From positions 594,745 to 658,744 of the forward strand of contig MU006100.1 in NCBI GenBank assembly GCA_010093705.1: a DNA stretch of 64,000 bases. The letters run 5' to 3'. Positions 63,746 to 64,000 of this stretch are shown here, piece by piece; the first letter of the stretch is position 1; each line of letters begins with the position of its first letter. The notes under the pieces are model-generated. The model was not told the DNA's origin. It worked only from the letters and a program-made list of their open reading frames with translations, and did no database searches. The stretch is from Patellaria atrata CBS 101060 (taxonomy: Eukaryota). Both the position numbers and the translations under genes were made by a program.

Positions 63746-64000
63746 GATTTGCAGAGCCTCCAAGTGATTGCCAATGTTAGTCAAGATGCACGAGAAACAC
63801 GTCTTTATACACTTTCCGTGATCAAACCCCTTATATCATCATCTTCAATTTGGCAGAGCGAAATTTCTGAAATGCCCTGTTCCGCCCAAATTCAGTCCCG
63901 TTAAATCAACCCATACTCAACCGGCTAGTCAAACTTCAGTTCTCAAAAGGGTTTCATACATGCTATGCGGGCCCAAAATTCTGGATCATACTCTCGAAGG

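Overview
Eukaryotic DNA from a filamentous ascomycete (Pezizomycotina, inferred from short GT-AG introns with CTRAC/CTAAT branch sites and from gene content). There are three 100-N scaffold gaps. Three zones are visible. (1) 1-19.5 kb is an accessory and partly decaying zone: an amidase pseudogene split by a 1,025-bp non-autonomous hAT element (22-bp TIRs, 8-bp TSD), a degenerate half-Zn-cluster gene, a CE1 esterase pseudogene, intact GH26 mannanase, M28 aminopeptidase and cupin genes, and a CorA-like multi-TM gene. (2) 20-43.6 kb is a core block: CYA5/PET309-like PPR, SRP68, OM14-like (with a 2-nt micro-exon), MIA40, a strongly divergent TBP, class III G-alpha, HOG1 and AVL9. (3) 44-64 kb is gene-poor: a local orphan gene family with relic copies, a complex repeat array with box C/D-like motifs, a small three-exon orphan, an Asp f4-like secreted protein and a Uge3-like epimerase. 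The strongest leads are the divergent TBP, the orphan PVHFHV family, the 48.7-49.3 kb array, the hAT insertion and the micro-exon. All gene models were spliced by hand and family calls rest on motif recognition; no searches were run.
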